A stretch of 64,000 nt of DNA, from assembly GCA_043228905.1 (NCBI GenBank), contig JBHGNT010000013.1, forward strand, positions 12,462,001-12,526,000, given 5' to 3'. Position 1 is the stretch's first letter. Every line of letters begins with the position of its first letter. Positions 1 through 12,190 of this stretch are shown here, in pieces. Source of the stretch: Azolla caroliniana. Taxonomy: Eukaryota; Plantae; Polypodiophyta. A program made the position numbers and the translations under genes. The notes beneath the pieces are model-generated. The model had not been told where the DNA came from. It saw only the letters and a program-made list of their open reading frames with translations, and searched no databases.

Positions 1-97
1 CTGTACCAGGACGTGCATCAGTTGGTAACGACTTGCGAAAGCTGTCAGATGCACTCCGTTACACCCGACTTACCCGCTTGCGGTCCATTTCAAGTGG

Positions 98-1039
98 ATG
101 GTGGACTTGGTGACGATGCCGATGGGAGTAGGACAGATGCGATACCTGGTGCTTGCGCGGGAAGACTTAATGAACCAGGTGGAAGGTCGTGCACTGCAGA
201 ACAAGACAACCACAGCGGTATGCCGATTCCTGATCGAAGAGGTGGTGTGTCGGTACGGGTGCGTCAGGAGGATCGTGGCGGACCGGGGAGAGCTGGATGC
301 GCGGGAAGCCAAGGAGCTGTTGGACCAGCTAGGGGTCAAACTCTCCCTCACTACGGCGTACAATCCAGAGGGGAACGGGAAGGTAGAACGTGGGCACGGG
401 CCGATCGTAAAGGCGTTCGTGTGTACATGCAGAGGGCAGGTCGGCAATTGGTCGTGGCTCCTTCCATACGCACTATGGGCGGACCGAACTACGCATAGTT
501 AAGTGACAGGGTTTATGCCGGCTGAGCTGATGTACCGACAGAAACTGATCATGCCGGTGGAACGGACGGTTTCTTCATGGGCGGCGGTAGATTGGAAGGA
601 CGAGATGAGCCAGGAGGGGTTGCTAGCGGCGTGGATTCAGCAACTTGAGCGGAGGCCGGAGGATGTGAAACGAGCGAAGGAAAAGCTGCAAGCAGCAAGG
701 GAGCGGAACAAGACCCGGTTCAACCGGACGCACCGGTTGCGACCAAAGAAGATCGAGGAAGGCGACTGGGTCTTGGTATACGACAACAGCCTCGACAATC
801 AGCACAAGGCGGTGCGAAAGTTCGCTAAGAGATGGTTCGGGTCCTACACGGTGACGAGCGCGAATGACAACGGCACGTACTACCTCGCGGAACTCGATGG
901 GACACGATTAGCAGTACCAATGGTCGGGAAGCAGATCAAAGCGTTCAAGAAGCGGTTCGAAGACGAGCCGGCGCCGGCGAGCGAGAGCGACGACGACGAT
1001 CGGTTCGGGCCCGACGGAGAATCGGAGAGTGACGAGTGA
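98..1039 (+). pseudogene. Gypsy integrase C-terminal half, interrupted by an in-frame stop at 500-502
   Basis: VADRGEL, AYNPEGNGKVERGH and KRWFGSY (GPY/F-like) motifs; TAA replaces a Ser codon relative to copies I and L. Confidence 0.85.
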
Positions 1040-1108
1040 GGCCGGTTTTCTTCGGTATCTACCCGTCTCTGGCGCATGCCGGTGGATGCGCGGTTTGGTG
1101 GGGGTGGA

Positions 1109-1803
1109 TGTCATGAAGAAAACCGGCCATAGGCGGAATCGGAGAGAAAGGCGCATGAACCGGCGCTCACATAGGTGGACGCGAGTATTGATATTGTGGT
1201 CATAATTCATAATTAGGTCGGTTGATGTAAATACAAGGTAGTACATATTTATTAGAAGATTGGTGCGTATCTCTGTAAAAAGGGACAGGGAATAAAGCAA
1301 TTTGACTAGGGGAAGAACGATCCCCTTTTTGTGAACTATTTAAGGAGGAAGAGAGGGAAGAAAGGGGATCGCGCGTTGGCGAGGACGAAGTGCTAGTGCA
1401 GAACTGAGTGCCGAGCTCTCTCTTCTCCTCCGATCGTCAGTCTCTATGGGTGTCGGGAGTTCGCTGCCTCTGCTTCGTTGACAGCCCGTGTGCTTCCAGC
1501 AGAGGCTCTCCCCTTTTTGTTTCTTTGAGAGCAGTGTGTTCTGTTTGTGTGCGTGAGTAGGATCCCCGTGTTGGGTCCATCGCCGCCTTGCCAGTTGTAA
1601 TCGTCAGAGTTTGTAATCTCCTGATATTGTAATCGACGGTTACTGTAATTAAGTGTTTCGTTTCTTTTTCTTTCCTTCTCCCTTCTGCGTATCTGCAAAT
1701 CTCTTCCCCTCTCCTCTTCTCTCTCTCTCTCTCTCTCTCGCTCCTTGGTTCAAGGCCCCTGTGGTCCGCCTCTTTCTACACACACGAGCGTAACAACGCG
1801 ACA
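1109..1803 (+). repeat. 3' LTR of Gypsy A (~695 bp)
   Basis: TG...CA ends; both termini resemble those of the element L LTRs (TGTCGTGGAGAAAACCG ... CGTAACAACGCGACA). Confidence 0.85.
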
Positions 1804-4000
1804 ACGCATTGTCGGCCTTTGCCCGGCCAGATCGTGCATCGTCTTCCTCTCTGCTTACCGGTGTCCTCTGTGTCCGAGGAACACCCTGTAGTAGCCCGCT
1901 TGGCCCCCTTTCGTTTCGCGCCACTGCGACCGGTCTGAAGCCTTCTGCTTGCCATCGTCCTCTCGCCCCCACCGGCTTGTCATCTCAATCTTGGCTTGCC
2001 ACGCCAATCGTTGCCACTCCGACTGAGCCATCGAGATCTCCAAAGCGAGTGTGGAGGATCCTTCTCCAGCTCTTGATACCGTCTCCGATCTTCAACCGTG
2101 CAGTTTGTTGTGCACCCATGTTACCTCGTTCTCGGCACCGCCGTGTGCTGTCTTCCGCCGTCCTTATTCGGCACCACCCGTGCCGAACACCGTCCCGTAC
2201 TCGTGCTTCAAACCGGCCCTTAATGGCCACATGCATGTCTCTCGATCCACTCCCGGCTGTGCCTTTCTGGCTTGGCACACCACTCACTTTCCCTGACCGG
2301 CTCCTTCCGAAACCATAACCGGCCGGTAAGGATTCACCCCTTCTTCAATTCGAGTCTTGCAGGCTCCTTTTTCTTGATCCCGTTCACCTGCCGCCACCAT
2401 CCTTCTCACTCGGTCTCACATTTCCACGTCGGCTTGAACTGCCGGTGTCTCCGAATCGGTGTGAGGATCGCCGTAGGATCGCCCATCCGCACTTCCTTCA
2501 TCACCGGTTCCCATTTCCTGCCGCCACCATCCTTCTCACTTGGTCTCACGTTGCCACGTCGGCTTGAACTGCTAGTGTCTCTGGATTGGTGTGAGGAACC
2601 CATAGGACCGGTCTTTCGCAGCCTTCTACCATCATCCCCTCGTCGCCACCATCAGTCTCTTAGTCTTATGTCGAATCCGTTGCCGACCGCCGAAATCTCT
2701 AGATCCAGTGTGAAGGATCCTCCTTGGGCCTCTCGTCTTCCCGACCCTTTCCAGGGTCTTCCTTCTCCGCATGTCAAGAGGGTGGCTTGCTCCACACCCT
2801 CCCTCGTGGTACCGTCGTACCGTGTTCCCGGCCTCTTTGTAGGTCTGCCTCTTCCTCCCTTCCGGATCGGTTATCCGGAAGTCCGCTCCGCCCGGTTCTC
2901 GTCTGGGTCCATTCATCACTCCGCATTGCCGGGTCCCGTTCTCCTACCGCCACCGTCAATATCATGGTCTTATGTTGGATCCGATGCCGACCGCCGCAGT
3001 CTATAGCTCGGTGTCAGGTGACCCATAGGACCGGTCTTCGTTCTCCGCTTCCCGCCGCGAATGCCTCCAATTAGGCCCCTGGTCACTCCAGTTGTACGCC
3101 AGATTCTTCCCTTTGTGTGCCGCGTGTGTTCCATTTCCGGCTCCATTTGGCCTTCTTGGCCCCGCTTTTCCGTCTTCCCACACCAGATGGCCGCTTTGGT
3201 AACCGACTCGTTGCTGCCACCCATCATCTCTCCGGTCTTACGTTGATTCGCAACCACTGAAGTCTCTAAAAAAGGTGTGGAGGGTCCCTCTCGTTTTTGG
3301 TCTTCCACCGAACCATAGTTGTTGTTCTCGCTTGGCCTCCTTCTCACGCTTGATTTTTTCGGCAACCGTGCCCCAAATTCTCCGCCAACTCTCAAAGCTA
3401 TTCCCGTTCCGTAGTCACCGGTCTCATCCATGGCCGTCCCCTTTCCGCTTAGATGAGAGGGTCGCTAGCTCCGCACCCTCCCCCACGTCGCCATCGCATG
3501 CTCTTCCGGCCTCCACGTGTAGGGAGACGTATTCCTCCGCAAGTTGAAAGGGTGACTTGTTCCACACCTTCCCCATAATGGCACCATCGTACCGAACTTG
3601 GACCCCTACACGGCCTCATCATTATTCCGCATCCATCAAGAAGGTGGCTTCCTTCTCGACCTCTATTTGCCTCCTCGACCGCCCATGCCCGTGCATCTTC
3701 GATAACTCCCTCGAAGGACCCCAAACCATGACCTTCTTGAAGCTCTTTGTCCTCTTCACACCATATGGCTACCACCACCCGGCAAACACTTTAGCCTCGT
3801 TGCCTCTCAATCCGAGCATTGTGGGCTTTAAAATTTTTGGGACCCTATCCCCACTCCAATGGTCGACTTCTTCGACCGCACTCTCAACGGCTTCCAAACC
3901 GTTTCTTGTCCAACCTTCTTCCGTGTATGTTCATCATCGGCTACGATATTGCCTTCACCACGAAGCCTTCTTCATCCACCTCCATTCTCCCTTGCCGCCT

Positions 4001-4018
4001 TTCACGTCGGGTTCACCA
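4001..4018 (-). promoter_or_regulatory. Primer-binding site complementary to the tRNA-Trp 3' end
   Basis: The + strand reads TTCACGTCGGGTTCACCA, matching the 3'-terminal 18 nt of plant cytosolic tRNA-Trp(CCA) as recalled; 4 nt from the LTR. Confidence 0.8.
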
Positions 4019-4666
4019 AAGATGTCGCGGTATTCCGTGGGTATGTGTAGGATCTTAGGCGGGACCGCGGGGGTCTTGGACTAGGGAGACGGATGGTGGA
4101 GTCCTTAAGCTTTGTAGGCTTCGGTCCGGAATCGGCATCCGACTCCAATGAATGTAGGGTTTCACAAAAGATGGTTCACCGCAAATATGGACCCGAATCA
4201 AATATGCTACAAGGGAGATAGATATACACTAACATGAATACATACTACAAGAGTCTTACAACAAGATGGTTACATGCCCCGAATCCGGTGGCTATTACAA
4301 ACAATCGGATAATACCATAGTTCTAGCCATACGTCTCAAATGTGTCATACTCATACGTGAATATTTGTATCATACTCATACATGAAATGGCTCCAAGTAT
4401 GATTGGAATCCATTCGTCTATATTTTTATTTTTATTTATTTTTATTACTCTAAATTTATTTTTAAAATATGAAAAATAAAAAATAATCAAGATTTTTAAA
4501 AAATATGAAAAATTGGACAACTCGGTAAGGTGGCAGGTTGTAGGCGGCCTGCGGGTGAGCGGGAATCAGGAATCAAAAATTAGAAATTAGAAATCAACTC
4601 CCTGTTCGTTTCGTCCTTCACAGAAATCTGATTTTCACGATTTTGTCCTCACAAAAATCTGATTTT

Positions 4667-4789
4667 CACTCAGAGCTCTTGATTCTCTATAGTCCACTCT
4701 CAGTTACAACTCACGAACACTCAGAGCTCTTGATTCTCTATAGTCCACTCTCAGTTACAACTCACGAACACTCAGAGCTCTTGATTCTC
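4667..4789. repeat. 51-bp tandem repeat (~2.4 copies) inside LTR B
   Basis: CACTCAGAGCTCTTGATTCTCTATAGTCCACTCTCAGTTACAACTCACGAA starts at 4667, 4718 and (partially) 4769. Confidence 0.9.
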
Positions 4790-5167
4790 AGTTCAGATTC
4801 ATGATCACTCAGAACTCTCGACTCTCAGACTCTTAGAGACTCAGACTCGTCACTCCTCACAACGCCATAGCTGCCGCCCGAGTACTCGAGAAGGAGAAGA
4901 AGAAGAAGAGACTAACCATAAACTAACGGTATACCCTCTAATACGAAATGGGCAACCCCCCTCGAAGAGGGGCGCTCCCTTCCTTTTATAGAACAAGGAG
5001 AGGGATGCGTTACAATGTGGGATAAATCTCGACTTAACTACTGTTCGGCGCCATAAAGGCGCCGTCGTTATTCACACTAAATGTACAAGGGTGAGCGCAC
5101 ACGCTGCACCCGGCCGATGTAGCCAACATTTCCCGGTTTCCGCCTCTGGCTGAAATTCTTCACGACA

Positions 5168-5650
5168 ACGTGCATGTGCCGAAGGAGAAACGAAGGAAGT
5201 TGGACGCCAAAGCTGAAAAGTGCATCTTAGTTGGGCATTCAAATGAACAAAAGGGGTATAACTGCTATAATCCCCGAACGAAGGAAGTTCGCGTAAACCG
5301 AGATGTCGTGTTCGACGAGTCCGCTTCGTGGTACTTGCCTTCACCTCCAACCCCTAATGACTCCATTCCGAATTCTGAAGAAGAGGTCAACGACGCTGAG
5401 ATGCTTTCATGTGATGAGGATATCGGAGCTTTGAGAGAGAGTCTGATCTCACTTCGGCTAAGCGGGCCGCATGAGGGGTTGAGCCGATATGCCCAACCAA
5501 ATGAAGAGCCGACGAGTAGTGGAGACTCAGTCGTGTTGTCCCCACGTAAAGAACCGAGGAGACGGTTTACACGTAAAGAAAAAAGGACTTCAGAAGAAAA
5601 TGTCAGAATACGAGTTTGGCACTGCTAAGTCTGATTGGAGCGAGTCTGAT
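5168..5650 (+). pseudogene. Copia C fragment (integrase C-terminus), same family as J and K
   Basis: HVPKEKRRKLDAKAEKCILVG...RDVVFDESASWY is nearly identical to 38130-38300 and 42950-43110. Confidence 0.85.
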
Positions 5651-5708
5651 TTCAGCTTCTTCTGTTGTCTGTTGTCGTCGAACAACAAAGATTCGGCTCT
5701 GATACTAG

Positions 5709-8700
5709 TTTTGAGAACGAATGCTCTATGCGGAAATGTATATGGATCTGTAGTCGGTACTAGACAACAAACAACACATACAGAAAATAGAATAGGCATG
5801 AAGACTTACACAGATGGAGCTTTAATGGAAAGCTTCTTATTATTTCGTTCTTTCTCAGAGATACTATCTTTTGCTTACCATCCTCTCTCATTACAATGTT
5901 AGGTATTCGCTTATATACTAAGCCCTAACTTATTACCGAGTTCACACTCGGACGGATACAATTTGGAAGGAGTCGGTCTTTTATGCCAACAAACTCCCCC
6001 ATAAAAGAACTACTCTTTCTTGCATGTACAAGTGCTTGGGGTTATCCCCCCCGTAAACCTAGATTACAAATTTAACTAGATCTTATGTTACAAGTCTCTC
6101 GGCAAGTAGCCCAGTCGGCAGAGGTATAATATGAGTGTCAGTCAGCTCTTTCCTTCTGCTCCTTGTTTGGCTTTCTTCTGCTTAGTCGCTTGTCGTAGCC
6201 CCATGTTCGTCCTTAGGGTTCTGAAGCGTTGATCTGGGAGTGGCTTCATCAAGCAATCGGCGATGTTCACCTCGGTGTCGATCTTCCGGACTTTGAGTTT
6301 CTTCTCGGTCACGAGCTCCCGGATATGATGATACCGCACCTCAATGTGCTTTGTCTTCGCATGGTAGACGGGATTGTGGATGAGGTGTATTGCGCTCTGT
6401 GAGTCGCAATAGATAGTCAGCACTGGTCGGATTATTCGGTTTGCAGTTCCGAAGTCGGCAGTCAGTCGATGCAGCCAAATCGCTTCCTTCGCTGCTTCCG
6501 ATGCTGCTATATACTCGGCTTCTATGGTAGATAGAGCCATGCACTCTTGAAGTTTCGACCTCCATGATATCGCACCACCACCATAGGTGAATATGTAGCC
6601 AAATGTCGATTTCCGATTATTTGTATTTCCAGCATAGTCGGAATCGGTGTAGCCTTCGACTTCGGCTGAGGTTGTCAGTCCGAAAGTCAGTTGTGCATCC
6701 ATGGTTCCTTTCACATACCTAAGGATGTGCTTGACGGCCTCCCAATGCTTCTTTCCTAGGTTTGACATGTACCGGCTGACCACCCCTACAGCATAGGCTA
6801 GGTTGGGTCAGGTCGCCACCATTGCGTACATGATACTTCCTATATCTGATGCATAGGGTATCTTTCCATTAAGCTCTCTCTCCTTGTCTGTTGCAGGAGA
6901 GTCTCTATCCGATAGTCTGATCAACGTCGGAAGCGGTGTCGGTGTTGGCTTCGCGTTCTCCATGTTGAAGCGCTTCAGCACCTTGCGGATGTATTTGGAC
7001 AGGGAGAGTCAGAGAGTTTTGGTCGTCCGATTTTGCTCTATCCTCATGCCCAGTATATGTCGAGCTTGTTCGAGTCCCTTCATCACGAACTTTGCGTGAA
7101 GGCTCCGCTTCAGCTTACCGATCTCTGCTTGATTGCTCCCTACAATCAACATGTCGTCGACGTATAGGATCAGATAGATCCTTGACTTGCCGGCCAGTTG
7201 CCGAACATACATGCATGGTCATAGTATCCAAGTTGTTGTATGTTGGAGTCAAACTTCTAGTACCACATTCTGGGCACTTTTTTTAGGCCATATAGACTTT
7301 TCTTTAGTCCACATACAAGGTGGCTGACCACTCCCGTCGCCGTGAAGCCTGCCGGTTGAGACATGTATATGTCTTCTTCCAGATCTCCGTGTAGAAATGT
7401 CGTCTTTACGTCCATCTGCTCGAGCTCTAGATCTTCTATCGCCACGACTCCTAGTAGGAGTCGGAGGGTGGTCATCTTGACTACTAGTGAGAATATCTTG
7501 TCGTAGTCAACCACGTCTTCCTATTTGAATCCTTTCGCGACAAGCCGAGCTTTGTACTTGGGTTTCTCTAAGTCAGATATATACTTGTATCGGAACACCC
7601 ATTTGCAAGCTAGCGGCTTTCTTCCTGTTGGTAGTTTGACCAAATCCCATGTCTGATTCTGATGAATCGAGTCCATTTCGGATTTCATGGCCTGCAGCCA
7701 TGTTTCCGCGTCCGGTGCGGCCATAGCTTCGTCATACATGTGTGGTTCGCCTGCATCCGTGTAGTGGACATAGTTGAGGCCCGGTTAATAAAACTCTGTT
7801 GGCCTTCAAGCTCGTCTAGATCTCCTGGGTGCTGTAATATCTGGTTTGGATTCTTCGAGCGGTTTAGATTGACAATCGGTATTTGTTGAACCAGTTGTGT
7901 CAGGAGTCTTGTTAGGTGTCTGGTTGTTCTCCCCTGTGGTTGTTGTCAATTCGGTTCTGACTGGCCTCCTAGAGACTTTGCCTTTGTCGACTCTTGACGA
8001 TTTGGCTGTGTCTTTGATTGTTTGGTCTTTGAGTTCGACATTAGGACTTGTAGTTGATTCGGTGTCAGCAGGGAAGTTGGCAGTTTGTTGGAGTTTGACT
8101 GTTTGTCGAGTCTCCGATTCGGCCCGTTGGGTCAGTCCTTCTACGTCAGTGCTATTATCTTTGCAGGATACCTTCTTACCAACTGTTTTCTGTTGGTTCC
8201 GTTGAGAGAAGATAGAGTCTTCATTGAAGACTACGTCGCTGCTCCGGATCAATTTCTGGTTCTCAAGGTCCCATAGCCGGTAGCCGAAATCCCCATCAGT
8301 TCCATAACCGAGAAATATGCACTTTGTTGCATGGGGTGCCAACTTCGTCCTTTTGTCCCTAGGGATGAACGCGTAGGATTCACATCCGAATATACAGAGC
8401 CTATTGTAGGTTAGTTGTTTGCCTGACCATAGTGCATGTGGCACTTCGAGCCTGATTTCTCTTGACGGCACCAGATTTATCAGGTACACTGTCATATGCA
8501 ATGCTTCGGCCCAGAATTCCAGCTTCAGTGCAGCTTGCTGGAGCATTGTCTTCACCCTCTCCTGGATCGTTCGGTTGATCCGTTCAGCCACCCCATTCTG
8601 CATGGGTGTGTAAGGAATGGTTTTTTGATGCTAGATCCCTTTTTCGGACAGGTACTGTTTGAAGGCTTTGGAGGTGTACTCACCTCCATTGTCGGATTGT

Positions 8701-10763
8701 AGTGTCTTCACTATGTGTCCCGACCGGTTCTCCACTTCAGATATCCATCGAGTGAAGACCTCGAGCGCTTCATCTTTGGACTTGATGGAGTATGCATCTA
8801 CGAATGTGATGAAGTACCGGGAGCCTCCTAGTGATCGCTCTAGCATGGTCCCACATATATCTGTGTGCACGAGCTGTAGGGGTTGTCGTACCATCTCGTA
8901 GTGGAGAGAGTGCGGACTTCAGGTCTGTTTCCCATATTAGCAATGCTCGTTGAAGTCCGTCTTTGCCTAGAGTTTCGGGATGTCGCCAACCGACATCAGT
9001 CGATCAAGTCCGGCTTGAGACATGTGGCCAAGTCGGCCATGCCATAAGTTCAGGTCGGTTTTCTCGGCTACATTCACGGCCCCTTCAGGTTTGATCACCA
9101 TCAATGGGTATAGATTATTATACTTATGCCCACTACCAATTTTGAGGTTTCCTCAGTTCATCACCCATGTCGACTCATGTAGAGTCGTTCGATACCCGTC
9201 TTCGGTTAACATGCCGATGGAGACCAGACTCCTCTTTAGATCAGGTACGTGCCGAACTCGGTGCACGGTTATTGTGTTGCCCTTTGGCAATTTGATGGGA
9301 ACCTCCCCGGTTCCGACTATCTTGCACTCCTGCCCGTTTCCCAGTCGAACTGTGCCGTTGGCGTCGGCTAAATAGTTCGAGAACCATTCAATGTTGGGGG
9401 TCACATGAAATGTGGCACTAGAGTCTAGTAGCCACATGTGTGCAACTTGTGCACTGTAGACGACTTCTCCGATCATCAAATCCTCTAGGGAGAGGATTTC
9501 TCCGGATCGGGTGTCGGCAGCATTGATCTGGTAGCCGACTAGAGAGTGGTCTGAGTCGGAACGTCCTCGATTCCGCTTGAATCTCCGACCACTCTCTTTT
9601 CTTTTTATTGACAAGCAGTCAGAAACATTGTGGCCAGTTTTCCTACAGTGTGTGCAATACTCACTTGTTCGGCCCGTTCTTGACTTCGACCGTTGTCGGT
9701 CACCCATTGTTTTCGATCGGCTGTAGCGTCGACCGGTTCTGTCGGCTTATTCTTTTGTTCGACTCTGACGGTCGAGTGATGGGCTTCTGTCGACTCATCG
9801 ATGGTTAGTTCCATCGATTTTCGCCTGATGTCCTCTGTGAGGACTTGGTTGGTTGTTCCATCCAAATTTAAGATCAATCGGCTATTGAAGTAAGTCATAC
9901 AGAATACCTCCCAACTCGTCGGCAAGCTCGATAGGAGGGCAAGGGCTTTCACTTCTTCTTCGAAGTTGATCCCTTGTAACTAGAGCTCTGACAACACCCG
10001 GCTAAAGGTGTTGATGTGGGAGGTTGCTGGATCAGTCTCTTTCATCTTCGTGTTGAACAATTGTTTGATCAAGATCAGTTTCGAATAAAAGGACTTCTTC
10101 TCATAGGCGGTCTGTAGCTTCTCCCACAATGAGAATGTTGTCGTCTCTTTTGCCATCGGGAAATTGATGTTTTCGGCCAGATGCATTCGGATGGTAGAGC
10201 GCGTGATTTCATCCGTTGATCTCCACTCCTTCGTTGTCATTGAAGCAGGTTTTTCGTTGTGCCGAATGGCTTCGACCTGTCTTCGAATGATTAACACATC
10301 CTGCATCATCTCCTTCCACAAGGCAAAGTTTTTACCATCGAATTTTCTTATTTCAACTCCTGTTCCGAATGTTGAAGCCATATTCTATTTGTGAACTTGA
10401 GATTTCTGGCCTAGTCTTTTCTTTCAGCTTCTTCTGTTGTCTGTTGCCGTCGAACAGCAAAGATTCAACTCTGATACTAGTGTTGAGAACGAATGTTATG
10501 TGCGGAAACGTATATGGATCTGTAGTCGGTACTAGACAACAAACAAAACATACAGAAAATAGAATAGGCATGAAGACTTACACAGTTGGAGCTTTAATCG
10601 AAAGCTTCTTATTACTTCGTTCTTTCTCAGAGATACTATCTTCTGCTCATTATCCTCTCTCATTACAATGTTAGGTATTCGCTTATATACTAAGCCCTAA
10701 CTTATTAACGAGTTCACACTTGAACGGATACAATTTGGAAGGAGTCGGCCTTTTATGCCAACA
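5709..10763 (-). mobile_element. Ty1/Copia element D, decayed; LTRs 5709-5991 and 10481-10763 (283 bp each)
   Basis: Two similar 283-bp direct repeats; PPT (AACTCCCCC on +) at 5992; mutated Met-i PBS (CTCTGATACTA on +) next to 10481; domain order gag-PR-IN-RT-RH. Confidence 0.9.
6142..10381 (-). pseudogene. Copia D gag-pol, fragmented by stops and frameshifts
   Basis: FDGKNFALWK gag, CTHCRKTGHNVSDC knuckle, WLLDSSATFH protease, LQSDNGGEY integrase, EQMDVKTTFLHG and LYVDDML RT, GYTDSDYAG...TKHIEVRYH RNase H. Confidence 0.9.
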
Positions 10764-11346
10764 TATTCCACGCCTGGACAAAGCAAATTGAGGTGCACTA
10801 TCATTTTGTCCGGTGAAGTTGAACTTGCGTATGTTCCGACGGGTCGGCAGATTGCCGACATCTTCACCATTTCTCCTCAACATGCAGAACTTGAGGGGGA
10901 GACAGGAACAGGAGCGTGGAAGGAGTGGTAGTGACCGCAATGCCGAGACGGATGAAGAATTCGATTTCGGGCCGGCTAAAGAGGCCGAAGAAGAAAACAT
11001 GGGCCATAATCGAAAGGAAGGACCGAAGACAGTCGAACAAAGGGGAAATCAGCCAAGAAGGGCGTAAAGACCAAGACCACGACGTGGTCTGATGTTGTCA
11101 AGGGCCTCAAAATAGAAGACGAATTGGAGACAGCCAATTTGGGCGCAAGTGGAATTGAATCGGAAGTGACTGATTCAATCGAACTGTTCGATTCAGACAT
11201 TACGAATCGACTGAGGGCTAAGTGGAGGAAAGGGCAGCGAAAGAGGCACCAACACCACAACATCAAGGGAGCTGAGAAGGGCCACATGAGTAGACAAGCC
11301 GACCGGAATGGTCAAAGCGCGCGGAATCGAACGGGTCGAGGAGCGT
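10764..11346 (+). pseudogene. Copia C fragment (RNase H end and C-terminal extension)
   Basis: FHA.TKQIEVHYHFV and a downstream extension homologous to 39105-39810. Confidence 0.8.
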
Positions 11347-11582
11347 TGTCGTGAAAATCCGTCACTATGTGCGGATCGTGAGGCGGAACCGCCGGTGTTA
11401 TGGACGGGAAGGAAATAGGGCTTACACGCACAAGGAAGGCTTACACAAACAAGGCACAATTATTAGACTGTGTTTGTGAAAAGGAGAGGTGCATGGGCAA
11501 GCCCGAATCAACCCCTAGTCACAAGGCGAACGAAGGCACGTGAGGAAGGCTTACACACAGACACACAAGGAAAAGGCTTACT

Positions 11583-12180
11583 TGTTGGGAATCAACGCTT
11601 GGATTCACCTTCACCACTCGGCCACAACCGATTAATCGCGGATCAATGTAGCAGTAAATAGGAAATACAGAGAAAGACACGATACACAGGGATTAACGTG
11701 GAAAACCCTATACGGGAAAAACCACGGGAGTGCGAGACTCCAAACCAAACTATGCACAGAGAAATATACAATGGCGAGCTGCAAGGCAACGACCTTGAGC
11801 TCGCTGTCCTCGCCACAGGCGGCGGAAATACACAGAGGCGTCTACCTCTTCGTCTCTCTCGCGCTCTATCTCTCTCTCTCTCTCGGCTGCTCTCTCTTCA
11901 CTCCTCTTGAGTGGAAAAACAGAAAAACAATAGGCAACACTAAAACAGTTTGCCCTAAGTCATATTTATACTTATATGACTTTGGGCTATTTACAACTAT
12001 AGCCTCAGGGGCCCATAGCGAACATATTACGGGTATGTCCCTGCATCCGAATCGCTCTCCGGGTCTTCATCATCCGGTTCCGTAACCGGGGTCTTCATCA
12101 TCCGGTTCCGTAACCGGGGTCTTCATCATCCGATTCCCGGATATCCGACCATCCCATCCGGAGGGACCGTAATCCCAACA
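11583..12180 (-). repeat. 3' LTR of Copia F (598 bp)
   Basis: Matches 16294-16919 apart from one substitution seen and one fewer 28-bp repeat unit. Confidence 0.95.
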
Positions 12181-12190
12181 AACTCCCCCT

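Larger units (their letters stand above)
1..1803 (+). mobile_element. Ty3/Gypsy LTR retrotransposon A, 3' part (integrase, PPT, 3' LTR); extends left of the window
   Basis: Integrase core and C-terminal ORFs (98-502, 503-1039) closely match those of elements I and L. PPT-like GGTTTGGTGGGGGTGGA precedes an LTR starting TGTCATGAAG at 1109 and ending CGCGACA at 1803. Confidence 0.9.
1804..5167 (-). mobile_element. Degenerate / non-autonomous Gypsy B (5' LTR 4023-5167, PBS, decayed gag), interrupted by element A
   Basis: On the minus strand the LTR starts TGTCGTGAAG (5167) and ends CGCGACA (4023). tRNA-Trp PBS at 4001-4018. Weak gag similarity (ELQEG segment) near 3700-3900. Internal 130-bp-period duplication at 2391/2521. 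Confidence 0.75.

Noticed and set aside
1809-4084. Several 100-240 aa plus-strand ORFs
   Set aside because: Antisense to a decayed GC-rich Gypsy internal region with no recognisable domains.
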